A stretch of 46,593 nt of DNA from a virus (taxonomy: Duplodnaviria; Caudoviricetes). Location: the IMG/VR virus record IMGVR_UViG_3300027419_000046, positions 1-46,593 of that record. One strand, 5' to 3'. Each line of letters begins with the position of its first letter. Positions within the stretch are counted from its first letter, which is position 1. The translations under genes and the position numbers were made by a program. This document shows positions 25,819-35,336 of this stretch, in pieces. Below the pieces are notes generated by a model. The model saw only the letters and a program-made list of their open reading frames with translations. It did no database searches and was not told where the DNA came from.

Positions 25819-26352
25819 TTAATAGGCTCCAGGGCGTAGGAATCCAGCTAAGTAATACATGCTTAGCGCTTGTGCCCTTGTCTTAGTCTGCAATAGTGCA
25901 TATAATGTTGTGTGTGCGTCTGTTGTGAAACTGCCTTCAATGAATTGGATTCTCCCTTTTCCTGTATATTCAAAGTATGATGATTTGTCGACTAAATCAC
26001 TGAGTCCTAGGCTAATTAATGCACCAGAAGGGAGGTAAACTAACATTCCAACATTGTATAATGTGCTTGCATCGTTTGTTATGCTCATTTTAACCCCCTC
26101 GCCGGCTTGACTTCCAGGGGTGATTATTTTACAGCTTTTCAAGCCTTCGTCGAGTCTTTGTTCTGTGCTGCTTGATAATGTTTCAGTAGTGTATATTTTA
26201 TCAAACCCAGTTGTGTTTTCACCACTAGTTGTTGCGGTTATTTGGTTAGCTGTGAAATCATTGTCTGCATTCATTTGTAAACGTGTTAAATATTTAAGGA
26301 TGTCTCTGTTTTCTAATGCTTTGACTAGTGCGACTTTTTCTATGTTGCTCAT
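25819..26352 (-). CDS. Tail-associated beta-sandwich (carbohydrate-binding-like) protein
   Basis: G.KS.KI.TPG...GEG pattern; position in the tail-fibre locus. Confidence 0.45.
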   Translation of the reverse strand: MSNIEKVALVKALENRDILKYLTRLQMNADNDFTANQITATTSGENTTGFDKIYTTETLSSSTEQRLDEGLKSCKIITPGSQAGEGVKMSITNDASTLYNVGMLVYLPSGALISLGLSDLVDKSSYFEYTGKGRIQFIEGSFTTDAHTTLYALLQTKTRAQALSMYYLAGFLRPGAY

Positions 26353-26981
26353 GCTATCAAACTACCCTTGACTGTCGCATTCCCGTTTGCTATTGTTAAA
26401 GGTGCTTTGAATTGTTTTAAACCTGCAATGTCAAATTCCCATACCTCCGGAGTGGTATCTGTTCCCCCCGTGGTGGTACTTGCAAATGTAGCTGTGCTTG
26501 GACTTCTCTTTTTAAATCCTTCGTGAGCAACATACACTCCACTTTCACCTGTACTTTGGAATGTTAATGTTTTACTAGTGCTGGTTCCAACTACTTCGAT
26601 TACTAATGTTTTGTATCCTGTGCATGTGATTTCTATTCCCGTTTCATTTGCAGTTGCGGCATCGTGTAATGTAACCGCTTCGTTTGATGAGATTGTTGAT
26701 ATTTCATCATCTACTTTGTTCATTGCTTTTTGATTAACGTTCACGGGGTCGGTTGGACCACCCTCCCCACACGGAACCACATACGGCCCTACATCATTTC
26801 CTTTTACTGGTCTTGTACCACCCACACCATCATCTTTATTTTCATCCCAATATTCCATATATAACTCCTCCGTTTCATCAATTATGGTTCGTATATACGT
26901 TTGAGAAGAAGATAACACGAGCTCCGCACTCCTACCAGGAACCGTCGTATCTCTTCTCATTTTCTCAAACCCCTTAAGCAA
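26349..26981 (-). CDS. Tail-associated hypothetical protein
   Basis: Thr-rich beta C-domain; follows the fibre gene. Confidence 0.5.
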   Translation of the reverse strand: MLKGFEKMRRDTTVPGRSAELVLSSSQTYIRTIIDETEELYMEYWDENKDDGVGGTRPVKGNDVGPYVVPCGEGGPTDPVNVNQKAMNKVDDEISTISSNEAVTLHDAATANETGIEITCTGYKTLVIEVVGTSTSKTLTFQSTGESGVYVAHEGFKKRSPSTATFASTTTGGTDTTPEVWEFDIAGLKQFKAPLTIANGNATVKGSLIA

Positions 26982-28485
26982 TCACTAAATCAACAAGTTT
27001 TAAGAGTTCAACAGTACCATAAAAGGTGTTAGTTGACGTGTTTTTAAACCGTATGCTTGTTATGTTGTTCGCAGTGTTGGTCCAGAAACCAGAGAAAATA
27101 TCAAACCCTGAGGCGGCTTGTGTTGCCATGAACGAGGATTTGCCTTGGACAAATCTTGGTTTTCCTGTTACTGGGTTTATTGTCATCTCCCCACTTAACC
27201 AGTTCACTGCATTGAATTTTGTTTCACCAACACGGAGCACGGTTTCGCTTAAACTTGCCGGGTCTTCTGTTACACTTCCACCGGTATCTATAAATGATTT
27301 AACTTGTCCTGCGTAGTTGTTCCCGGTGTCTCCGTTGAATTGTAAAATAAAGGAAATGTCTCCTGTTCCGTTTTTATAAATATTATATTTCAGAATATAT
27401 TCCTCGTCAACATTCCCATTAAGGCCTGTGAAATCCGTGTAACTAACTGGACTTCCGCTACTGATTGTTTTACGTTCAACAACCTTAGGCAGTCGGAAAG
27501 TACCGCTTTTATCACTGAATGGTAAGTAATTAGGGTCTACTGTTCCCCCTGATCGTGCTTTCACTATTGCATTTGCCGTGCCCCCCGTTGCTGTGGGGTT
27601 CGCCCCATCCAGGAGGTCAGCATCTAGACCAGAACCGGCCCCGTCAACAGTCTTGATTTTCGTTAGAATGTCAGCAGCAGTATAGGTCCCTGCTGGGAGA
27701 TAATAAGCCCCTTCTTGACCGTCAAGCTTATCTGCATCAAGGCCCGTACCGGCACCATCCACTGTGAGTAATTTTGCCAACACGTCAGCAGCAGTGTAAC
27801 TTGATGCTGCTAGTTTCGCAGCAATTGCACTGTTGATTGTACTGTACTCCACGCCGTCGAGTTTGTCTGCGTCAAGGCCACTACCAGATCCATCTACTGT
27901 AATAAGTTTTGAGAGAATATCAGCGGCTGTATATACACTAGCATTCAATTTCAGAGCCAAATTACTATTTATTGTTCCTAGATCCACAGTGTCAAGGACC
28001 CGGGTCCACGAAGTCCAGGCACCGCTGTAGTATGTTCTGACATAGACATTGTGAGCAGAATCATAGGCAGTGTACTTTTGATAAATAATGGAGGAATCAC
28101 TAATAACTTCAAGTACGCCTGCTAGGGCCACAGGATAATTAGAACCCGATGCGGCGTTTGCCGTGCTTGGTTGATGATATAAACCGGTTGCGTTGTAATT
28201 ATTTAAATTTGCAGATCCGGGAATATTAGTTCCAAGGGCTAAGATTTTCGCAAGTTCTGTTCCATCCAATTTATCAGCATCTAAACCACTGCCAGCCCCG
28301 TCTACTGTTAGGAGTTTTGCGAGAACATCGGCAGCAGTATAAGTCCCTGCTGGAAGATAATAAGCCCCATGTTGACCATCCAGGAGGTCAGCATCCAGAC
28401 CACTACCAGCCCCGTCACCTTCCATTATCTTTGTGATTAGGTCCGTGGCTGTGTAGAATGAATCAAGTTCAAATTGTATTATCAA
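26974..28485 (-). CDS. Tail fibre with five YTAAD...DG.GSGLDAD.LDG repeats and a pyocin-knob-like domain
   Basis: Repeats visible; NLN.Y..TG.Y.Q...NYP...AG.LEV...Q.Y...Y.R...WT.W knob pattern. Confidence 0.85.
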   Translation of the reverse strand: MIIQFELDSFYTATDLITKIMEGDGAGSGLDADLLDGQHGAYYLPAGTYTAADVLAKLLTVDGAGSGLDADKLDGTELAKILALGTNIPGSANLNNYNATGLYHQPSTANAASGSNYPVALAGVLEVISDSSIIYQKYTAYDSAHNVYVRTYYSGAWTSWTRVLDTVDLGTINSNLALKLNASVYTAADILSKLITVDGSGSGLDADKLDGVEYSTINSAIAAKLAASSYTAADVLAKLLTVDGAGTGLDADKLDGQEGAYYLPAGTYTAADILTKIKTVDGAGSGLDADLLDGANPTATGGTANAIVKARSGGTVDPNYLPFSDKSGTFRLPKVVERKTISSGSPVSYTDFTGLNGNVDEEYILKYNIYKNGTGDISFILQFNGDTGNNYAGQVKSFIDTGGSVTEDPASLSETVLRVGETKFNAVNWLSGEMTINPVTGKPRFVQGKSSFMATQAASGFDIFSGFWTNTANNITSIRFKNTSTNTFYGTVELLKLVDLVIA

Positions 28486-28487
28486 AC

Positions 28488-29000
28488 TTACAGTCCCCCT
28501 TTGAATTTCAGATCCAATGAGTCCAGGGTTGGCCTATTACTCGAGACCTCAGTGAGGGTAAATCTGAAATCAACATACTCCAAACCAATAGCTAATAATG
28601 ATAAGTCCTCTCCGTTGGCTATATTAGATTTTACCGGTGTTTCACCACTCACTCCTTTACTCAAATCACAGACAATTGTACCTGTGGTTTTTGTTTCAGT
28701 CCAAACAACCTCGAGCCAGTTCTTAAAAGGTTCTATGTTCGGATACACTCTAAACGTAGCAGTACCTTCTGTTTGGCCTGTCTGTAATCGTATTTTGTTA
28801 TCATAGATTTCAGTATTTGAAAGAATGAGGTTAACTAACATGAACGCACACTTGTTAAGTCCTGCTAAGAATGCGGCATCTATGTAATCGGTTGGTAATT
28901 CTATTGTAACCTCAGGTTTAGCAACTGCAAATAAGGCCACCGCCCCGTTGTATGCCTCGGCATAGAAGTCATCCCCTGCCTTTATAAACTCATTAGTCAT
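28488..29000 (-). CDS. Baseplate/tail-associated protein
   Basis: Position; PTLDSL.L.F beta-rich end. Confidence 0.5.
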   Translation of the reverse strand: MTNEFIKAGDDFYAEAYNGAVALFAVAKPEVTIELPTDYIDAAFLAGLNKCAFMLVNLILSNTEIYDNKIRLQTGQTEGTATFRVYPNIEPFKNWLEVVWTETKTTGTIVCDLSKGVSGETPVKSNIANGEDLSLLAIGLEYVDFRFTLTEVSSNRPTLDSLDLKFKGGL

Positions 29001-29196
29001 CTGTTATACCTCCACCGCCCCCAATCTGGGCATAGGTTTCCGCATTGTATTTAAACCAAAACTCGGATGATTGCACGGTTATGACTCCATCTCTTTCTGT
29101 TGCATTGTGAACTATCGTGTCAATATCGAAATGTTCACGCAGTTCCGGGGATATATCACCTGTAACTATTATTTTCAAACGTTCATAGTCTATCAA
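28993..29196 (-). CDS. Small tail-associated protein
   Basis: GGAGGT SD; position. Confidence 0.5.
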   Translation of the reverse strand: MIDYERLKIIVTGDISPELREHFDIDTIVHNATERDGVITVQSSEFWFKYNAETYAQIGGGGGITDD

Positions 29197-29211
29197 AAAT
29201 AAAACCTCCAG

Positions 29212-29769
29212 TTAAACATATTCTTCAAGGTAAACTGTCACACTAGTCAAGACTAACTGAGTGATTACTAATTCAACCAGGGCCATGTCGCTGCCTTCAG
29301 GGATTTTTACAGTGATTATGCCGGGTGCTTCTGAAAAGTGACCTGCAAAGGTACAGGGTGTGCCCGAGTAACGATCAACCGATACCGTTACATCTGCCTT
29401 ACAAGACAAGCCACTACCATCAATCACCACCACTCGTGATGATTCTATATTCAGAATATTCCCTACTACCTTTTTAATTCCATTAATCGTTATGTTTGCT
29501 GTTTTAACTGCGATAATAAAGGCTCTGTACTCTTCAAGTGTTATGTCTCGTTTAGGCACTCCAAACCATTCCCGGAACAGTTTTATGGTCGTTTCATTCG
29601 CAGTCAGCAGAAACCTTGAATCACTTGCAGAGAATAAATCTGTTTCAATCTGATCAAACTCAGGACCTATGCCTTCCTCGAGTAATTCCCTCATAGGATT
29701 CTCATCTTCATGGACGGGAGAATGTTCTGGGAACTCTTCCCGAATCAGAACACCATATTTGCTAGACAT
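29212..29769 (-). CDS. Baseplate wedge subunit (P2 gpI/XkdU-like)
   Basis: FL.TA...FGV...EEYR..I...T.NGI pattern; downstream of baseplate J. Confidence 0.7.
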   Translation of the reverse strand: MSSKYGVLIREEFPEHSPVHEDENPMRELLEEGIGPEFDQIETDLFSASDSRFLLTANETTIKLFREWFGVPKRDITLEEYRAFIIAVKTANITINGIKKVVGNILNIESSRVVVIDGSGLSCKADVTVSVDRYSGTPCTFAGHFSEAPGIITVKIPEGSDMALVELVITQLVLTSVTVYLEEYV

Positions 29770-29771
29770 GA

Positions 29772-30920
29772 TTACACCTCTGTTAAAGTGATTACGCCAA
29801 TCTGAACCTCATCTTCTTCTGTTGTTGTGACATTGTCCAAAGGAGCTGTGAGATTATAATCAAGAACACCGTCCGTGTTGTTAATAACTTGCATTATCTG
29901 TGTCCGAATTAAATCATCATCAATATCATACCCCGGATAATCTACACCATACGTTGTTGTTCCTCCATTGAAAACGCAATCAATATTCGCTTCTATGTCG
30001 GCTTCAACTTCAGCCCAGACATACCCATCAACTATTGTTATTGAGGCGGTTACAGCAGTTGAAATATAGTTAGGTGCGTCAACAGTTATTTTAAGCCCGG
30101 CAACTTTGTTATCATCACTTGTTAAGAGAGCTAGAACAGCATTAATAACCTCGGTAGGGGTCGGTGTTACAGTTCCATTCACCAGGACTTTTACATTGTA
30201 TTCTTCACCCTCAGGATTACTGATCACCTTTGCATCATGGACTCCTGTGATACTCTCTGCCATGGACTTAAACCAGGCTTCAGTTCCTACTTGTCCACCC
30301 TGACCGGCTTCAAGTATCCTGGCCCGGAAGGTGTCATCATCTTCCTCATCAGATCCATCTTCAGTTGCAGCTGCATTTGTCACAGTCAGGTCATCAACTG
30401 GATTTGGCAATTCATCAATTGTACCGGCATTCACATTCCCATTTGCACCTGCAACCAAGGCCTCAATAGGGGCATTGACTGTTAAATTTCCAGCGGTAAT
30501 TATAACCTGTTCAGTAGTTACAAAGTAAACACCATCCACTCCACCGGTCTTTGCCATTGTGCCATTGGGTACGGTTATATTATAACTTTTAACGCCAGGC
30601 GTGGTGAACGTAACATTACCAGTGGCCTTAACCGCTGTTTTCCGGTAGCAATTGAATTGAACGCCTAATAAATCCAAATAGCCTTTTACTGCCGTCTGTG
30701 GAAACGCCTGTCGGACCATGAATGCAATCCAGTAACGTAGTTCATAAGCGCTGATACTGATTGATTCTAAAAAGTTCCTAGCCTCCGAACCTTCATTGAA
30801 ATCTGTTATCTGTGTGTTGCCTTCACCGTAAGCAGCCATGTAATAGTCAATCATTCGCTGTACTATTTCAGCCCGGGTCACTTTCAGCCCGTCTATTGTT
30901 GTGAACTCGTCGTCTGCCAT
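29772..30920 (-). CDS. Baseplate J-like protein
   Basis: TDFNEGS, A.G.YLD..G...R..A..A.G.V.F, G..GNV, G.DEE.D..FR.R. Confidence 0.93.
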   Translation of the reverse strand: MADDEFTTIDGLKVTRAEIVQRMIDYYMAAYGEGNTQITDFNEGSEARNFLESISISAYELRYWIAFMVRQAFPQTAVKGYLDLLGVQFNCYRKTAVKATGNVTFTTPGVKSYNITVPNGTMAKTGGVDGVYFVTTEQVIITAGNLTVNAPIEALVAGANGNVNAGTIDELPNPVDDLTVTNAAATEDGSDEEDDDTFRARILEAGQGGQVGTEAWFKSMAESITGVHDAKVISNPEGEEYNVKVLVNGTVTPTPTEVINAVLALLTSDDNKVAGLKITVDAPNYISTAVTASITIVDGYVWAEVEADIEANIDCVFNGGTTTYGVDYPGYDIDDDLIRTQIMQVINNTDGVLDYNLTAPLDNVTTTEEDEVQIGVITLTEV

Positions 30921-31309
30921 TATAATCTCTCCAGGGTGAATACCATGTTTGATGATTGATTTTCAGTTATGAATTTCACAGAAGCTTCAACTATGATTAT
31001 ACCCTTTTCAAAAGTTACTGAAATGTTATCCACCCGTTCCACTCGTGGTTCTTTCTTTAAACAGTTCTCAGTGTAAATTTTAAGTTTATTTTCAGCTATG
31101 GCCTTATCAGTTTCACCGAGGACCTCATGGTCCTGGTTGCCATAACCATTATAAAATTTATATAATTCATCATATTTTGTCATCAGTCGATTGTATACCG
31201 CCTGTTCTGCATTCTGTAAACCTGTGATTGTTTTAAAATCTCCATTAGGACCAACTTCCCAGGTGTTCCTTATGTCTGTTCCATATATCGACTCGTCAAC
31301 CATGATCAT
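30920..31309 (-). CDS. Baseplate wedge/sheath initiator (gp25/XkdS-like)
   Basis: GD.....G..N..QA...RL.T...YG...EPRV..V. Confidence 0.8.
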   Translation of the reverse strand: MIMVDESIYGTDIRNTWEVGPNGDFKTITGLQNAEQAVYNRLMTKYDELYKFYNGYGNQDHEVLGETDKAIAENKLKIYTENCLKKEPRVERVDNISVTFEKGIIIVEASVKFITENQSSNMVFTLERL

Positions 31310-31317
31310 ATACCTCT

Positions 31318-31602
31318 TTATAATTTACCTGCAATCACCGGAGCTGTTATGTTCCCCGCCTGGAATATAAGCAGCACACGGTCGCCAATAACAAGATTCA
31401 TGCTTTCAGAACCATAGCAAGGTTTAATGACAGGTACTTTTGAAAAAGGAACAGTATCTTCACCTATGGCTAAACTGATATCAACAGTAGTTAGGTGTAC
31501 TCTTGTTACAGTTGCAAAGACCGAGGGTTCAACATAATTAAAATAAGGAGACATGGCCCTTTTTATTTCCATGTCCAATGTCTTAGCACTTCTATCATTC
31601 AT
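31318..31602 (-). CDS. Baseplate spike-like OB-fold protein
   Basis: VP...GDRVL..F..G....PVI.G. Confidence 0.7.
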   Translation of the reverse strand: MNDRSAKTLDMEIKRAMSPYFNYVEPSVFATVTRVHLTTVDISLAIGEDTVPFSKVPVIKPCYGSESMNLVIGDRVLLIFQAGNITAPVIAGKL

Positions 31603-31657
31603 AATAGCACCTTACACTAACTAGGACATTTAAAAAACTATCAATCTAAAAAAAGAA

Positions 31658-32560
31658 TTAAGCTGTTATTTCATGTTCATTAACTAGGGTTATCTCACTA
31701 GTGGCAGGATTATAACTCTCACCATCAAACCAGATCATGATATAATTAGTGAGCATTTCTTCCCAGTAATTCCTATTATAATTTGTTTTTGGATGGCAAG
31801 AACTGCATGCAGCTATAAACAACGGTGAAACATTATTACAGCAAACCATTTTCTCATAGTTTACATGATGAATATGTAATTTTTTACCATTCTTATATTC
31901 AGATTTACCACAGATTCCACACTCACGGCCCCAAAACTCACGAACACGCTCTTTAAACTCATTATTGAACTTAGGGCAATAAGGCTCAAAACTAGTTCCA
32001 CCTTTCCATAAAGGAGAATTTTCTCCAGAATATAACTTCCCTAAATGGCTATTTTGACATTTTCTAGAACAATATTTAGAAGTTTCTTTCATGGATTGAG
32101 GGACTGTGTATTCCTTCCCACAATATAAACACGTTTTGGTAACACGATTCCATGAATGGTGATTTTCACCACGATATATTCTTGAAGAAAGTTTCCTACT
32201 GCAATCTTCACTACAACAACTATTATTATTCTTTAGCCTCGAAGGAGTAATTTCAAAGACTTTTCCACACCAATCACATTTATGTGTTAATTTATTTTCT
32301 TTCCAAAGTGGATTATTGGGGCCTCTCATCATCTCAGATCGGGCTTTAGCATAACATGAATTACTACAATAATATTTTTTATGAGGTTTAACTCGAGTTT
32401 GCCCTTTTTTAAATAGTTTTCCACATATTGCACATTTAACCTCAACTTTTTGAGAAAGGAAGCTGGCCTTGCATTCTCTACTACAAAACCTAGCAGTTTT
32501 GGCCCTGAAGGGTTTGACAGAGAACTCTGCTCCACAAACCTCACAAATTTTTTTAATCAT
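31658..32560 (-). CDS. HNH endonuclease with four tandem CxxC...CSxxC Zn fingers (homing endonuclease-like)
   Basis: CGICG...LHIHHVNY...CSSCH; AT-rich insert in the tail operon. Confidence 0.85.
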   Translation of the reverse strand: MIKKICEVCGAEFSVKPFRAKTARFCSRECKASFLSQKVEVKCAICGKLFKKGQTRVKPHKKYYCSNSCYAKARSEMMRGPNNPLWKENKLTHKCDWCGKVFEITPSRLKNNNSCCSEDCSRKLSSRIYRGENHHSWNRVTKTCLYCGKEYTVPQSMKETSKYCSRKCQNSHLGKLYSGENSPLWKGGTSFEPYCPKFNNEFKERVREFWGRECGICGKSEYKNGKKLHIHHVNYEKMVCCNNVSPLFIAACSSCHPKTNYNRNYWEEMLTNYIMIWFDGESYNPATSEITLVNEHEITA

Positions 32561-32597
32561 GTTATCATATTAATATATGTTTTCAAGGCTTAAATAC

Positions 32598-33908
32598 TTA
32601 TACTAGCTGGTTACGACTCGCGCAAGTTACATCGGCAACTATCCATCTTCCGTCTACATAAACCATACAATCACAGTGTGCGTAACCATTACAAACTTGC
32701 CCACATCGCCTATATGCCTGCACATTTATGGCAGAACACATCTGTTGCATCAAGAGTGATTGGTCGTAACAGTTTCCTTGGCCTATTTGTAAAACCTGGA
32801 GCGGCGTGTACTTGAAATTATAATAAAACTCGTATCTGATGTTAGCATCAATCCAACGCCTAATAGTCCTAGGGTCTCCAAGTTCCCGGGCCTTAGCAGC
32901 CACAGGGTCCGAAACTGCATTGATAATCTCAGCAGGGATGACATAATTATTTGTGAATGTTCCCTGAGTCTGTCCCGGGACCTCATAGATCCACTCACTA
33001 GGAGGTGAAGGTTGACCATTCAAAAGGTCAATCTGATGTTCTTCTGTGTTTTCATTGATTGTTGTTCTTACATTCTGAGTGTAATAAGATTTAACACCAT
33101 ATTTGCTCCATTTGGGAGGGATTACAATTATCCACATCCCTGCAGCCATTTTATCAAGAAGAGGTGTTGTGATACTTCCTGAAAACTCCAGTTTACTACC
33201 GGAATTAAATAGCTCAGTGGCTTTGGCCCTGCCCTCAGCTTCTGTTTTCAGGCTGGTATCTGCTATAATATCTTCGATAAATCCATAGCGCCCTATTAAT
33301 GTATCATCCTTTATTTGCGATAGGAACCGGTCATCTTCACCAAATGCACTGACTGCCGTGATAATATTTGATGAGTCCTGGGACAATTGTAAATCTGTGT
33401 AGCTGGGAGGGTAGAAAACATAACCTTCAGTGAGTTCGGGGATTGTTCGGAGTATGGCCACATTATCACTGTTGACAAAGAACTCCATGTTTGTCTCAAG
33501 ATTTGCGAGCTGGTGGCAAGCATCAACCACTTTTTTAGAATGGAATATAAGCTCGCTGTGGCGCTTACTGGTTGCTGTTATCCCTCCGGTGTTTAATCCA
33601 CGGTGGTTAAGGAGTTCTATGATTATTTGACTGCTAGTGTAATTATGCCATGCCCGGTATAGTTTACCGTGGAGTAATCGGGTCCAGTCCATACACTCGT
33701 AACTGTATCCTTCATCGGTTTCTCTGTCTTTTGTGATGAACCCACCAAAAGCCCGGTGTTCTCCGGTTATTTGTACTTTTGGGTTTAATCCGAAATCAAC
33801 CGGCTCATCAGTGGTGAAACTTGCAGTATCTGCGGCTTGGAGGGGGTTGGTTATGGAAACATCAAAAAATGGCACTCTTTCATTGTTGACATATATCTTA
33901 GTAGTCAG
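32598..33908 (-). CDS. Baseplate hub with C-terminal transglutaminase-like (C71/Pei-like) domain; probable CTG start at 33908
   Basis: Hub-like N-terminus; GNCYDQS...AH...W...D catalytic pattern; GGAGGGA SD before CTG ACT ACT AAG ATA TAT GTC AAC. Confidence 0.75.
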   Translation of the reverse strand: MTTKIYVNNERVPFFDVSITNPLQAADTASFTTDEPVDFGLNPKVQITGEHRAFGGFITKDRETDEGYSYECMDWTRLLHGKLYRAWHNYTSSQIIIELLNHRGLNTGGITATSKRHSELIFHSKKVVDACHQLANLETNMEFFVNSDNVAILRTIPELTEGYVFYPPSYTDLQLSQDSSNIITAVSAFGEDDRFLSQIKDDTLIGRYGFIEDIIADTSLKTEAEGRAKATELFNSGSKLEFSGSITTPLLDKMAAGMWIIVIPPKWSKYGVKSYYTQNVRTTINENTEEHQIDLLNGQPSPPSEWIYEVPGQTQGTFTNNYVIPAEIINAVSDPVAAKARELGDPRTIRRWIDANIRYEFYYNFKYTPLQVLQIGQGNCYDQSLLMQQMCSAINVQAYRRCGQVCNGYAHCDCMVYVDGRWIVADVTCASRNQLV

Positions 33909-33922
33909 ATAGATCCCTCCAT

Positions 33923-34576
33923 TTAGAGCGTCATTTTTGCTTTAGTTTCAGGATCCACTATTCCGGTTGCTGTTAGTCCGTTTGCTGTTTGGAAGGCTTG
34001 GACTGCTTTTTTTGTGTATTCTCCGAAATAATTATCAACGTCTAGGGAATGACCATCAAAATAAACGTAATATCCGAATAGTTTCAGGTAGGTTTGTAGT
34101 TCACCCACGCAGTCCGAACGGTCACCGAGGCTAAGGGTTGGACAATTAAGGAGGGGATTGGTTGTAGTGGTGTCCCCTCCCGCAGCGCCGCCTCCGCTGG
34201 AAGAAATGTTCCAACTTTCAAAATTAGTAAAGATAATATTCGGCTCGATATATTCCAGTAAGGTAATTGAATAACTCCAAACTCCTTTCCGACCCTCACT
34301 GGCCCTTATTTCTGTGATGTAATACTGGCCGTTGTATGTGGCCTCTGATTCTGAGGTTAAGACCAAAGGCGTTCCTTTTCGTTCTAAACTTTCTAACTTC
34401 TCAATCTGATCCTTACCAACGTAAACAGTTAAATCAAGCTTACGGCCTTTACTGCCTTTATGTTTAATGAACGAACCATCAGCCCCGACATAGGCCTTGT
34501 TAACTATGTTAAGCTGCGGGTCTTTTGATATGCTTTTAATTTTGAGTGGAATGTTGTCTAAGGAAACGTAAGCCAT
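33923..34576 (-). CDS. Tail tube initiator-like protein with C-terminal PG_binding_1 domain
   Basis: L..G.R..CV.ELQ..L...GY...VD..FG..T..AV.AFQ.ANGL..TGIVD..T. Confidence 0.8.
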   Translation of the reverse strand: MAYVSLDNIPLKIKSISKDPQLNIVNKAYVGADGSFIKHKGSKGRKLDLTVYVGKDQIEKLESLERKGTPLVLTSESEATYNGQYYITEIRASEGRKGVWSYSITLLEYIEPNIIFTNFESWNISSSGGGAAGGDTTTTNPLLNCPTLSLGDRSDCVGELQTYLKLFGYYVYFDGHSLDVDNYFGEYTKKAVQAFQTANGLTATGIVDPETKAKMTL

Positions 34577-34640
34577 GGAGTAAACCTCGTTGATTTAAGT
34601 AAAAAATAAATAAGAAGATAGGACTAACTATTAAGTAGAG

Positions 34641-35030
34641 GTGATTGGTTTGGGAGTGATTGATTTATTAAGAAATAGGGGCACGTCTTCACCAGGTCCG
34701 GCCACATATAACAATAATCAGATGAGCTTCCACTACCCGAGTTCATGGCCTATTCTCAATGAAGGAAATAACTGGGTTCAATTCAAAGCTTCCAAGGGCG
34801 AAGTAAGGGTTTGGATGTACTCTAAAGACTCTGGACAACTCGATTCTTTTAATTTCAAAGACAATAAAACCATAGGGGGCAATAAATATACGAAAATGGT
34901 TAAAGGTAACTTGATAAGTTATGCTTTCAGAGGAAACAATTCTGATTTATTTATAATAGCATCCAAAGGAAATGATAAAGGAGTTAAACAGATTATTAAA
35001 ACAGTTATATTGGGGAGTGGGTTTAAATGA
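34641..35030 (+). CDS. PsbP-like fold protein (moron)
   Basis: TY.N..MSFHYPSSW pattern; opposite strand, AT-rich. Confidence 0.55.
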   Translation: MIGLGVIDLLRNRGTSSPGPATYNNNQMSFHYPSSWPILNEGNNWVQFKASKGEVRVWMYSKDSGQLDSFNFKDNKTIGGNKYTKMVKGNLISYAFRGNNSDLFIIASKGNDKGVKQIIKTVILGSGFK

Positions 35031-35323
35031 AAAAGTATTTAGGGATTATAACTATTCTTGCATTGTTAGGGCTTATTGTAGCTGTCTCAGGGTGTACTTC
35101 TAGTGAGAAAAGTTCAAGTCAGCAATTAGCAGATGCTAAAGCGTTGGTTAAACAGGTTGAATCTGCGAATAAGACTCTTACTGCTGAAGAACAAAAGGCT
35201 TATGAACAAGCTAAACAATTTATACAGCAGATGGAACAATTAGAAGCGCAAGGTAAGGCTAGGGGTGATGCGGCCGAAGAAGCTGGGAATAAAGCAGCTT
35301 CCGAAATTATTAATAATAATTAA
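35027..35323 (+). CDS. Lipoprotein (moron)
   Basis: MKK, hydrophobic stretch, VAVSGC lipobox; helical body. Confidence 0.8.
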   Translation: MKKYLGIITILALLGLIVAVSGCTSSEKSSSQQLADAKALVKQVESANKTLTAEEQKAYEQAKQFIQQMEQLEAQGKARGDAAEEAGNKAASEIINNN

Positions 35324-35336
35324 CCCCTCTACCTTT

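Noticed and set aside
26974-28485. Diversity-generating retroelement or invertible fibre cassette
   Set aside because: No reverse transcriptase or invertase; no adenine-specific TR/VR pair or flanking inverted sites seen; repeats differ mainly at synonymous positions.
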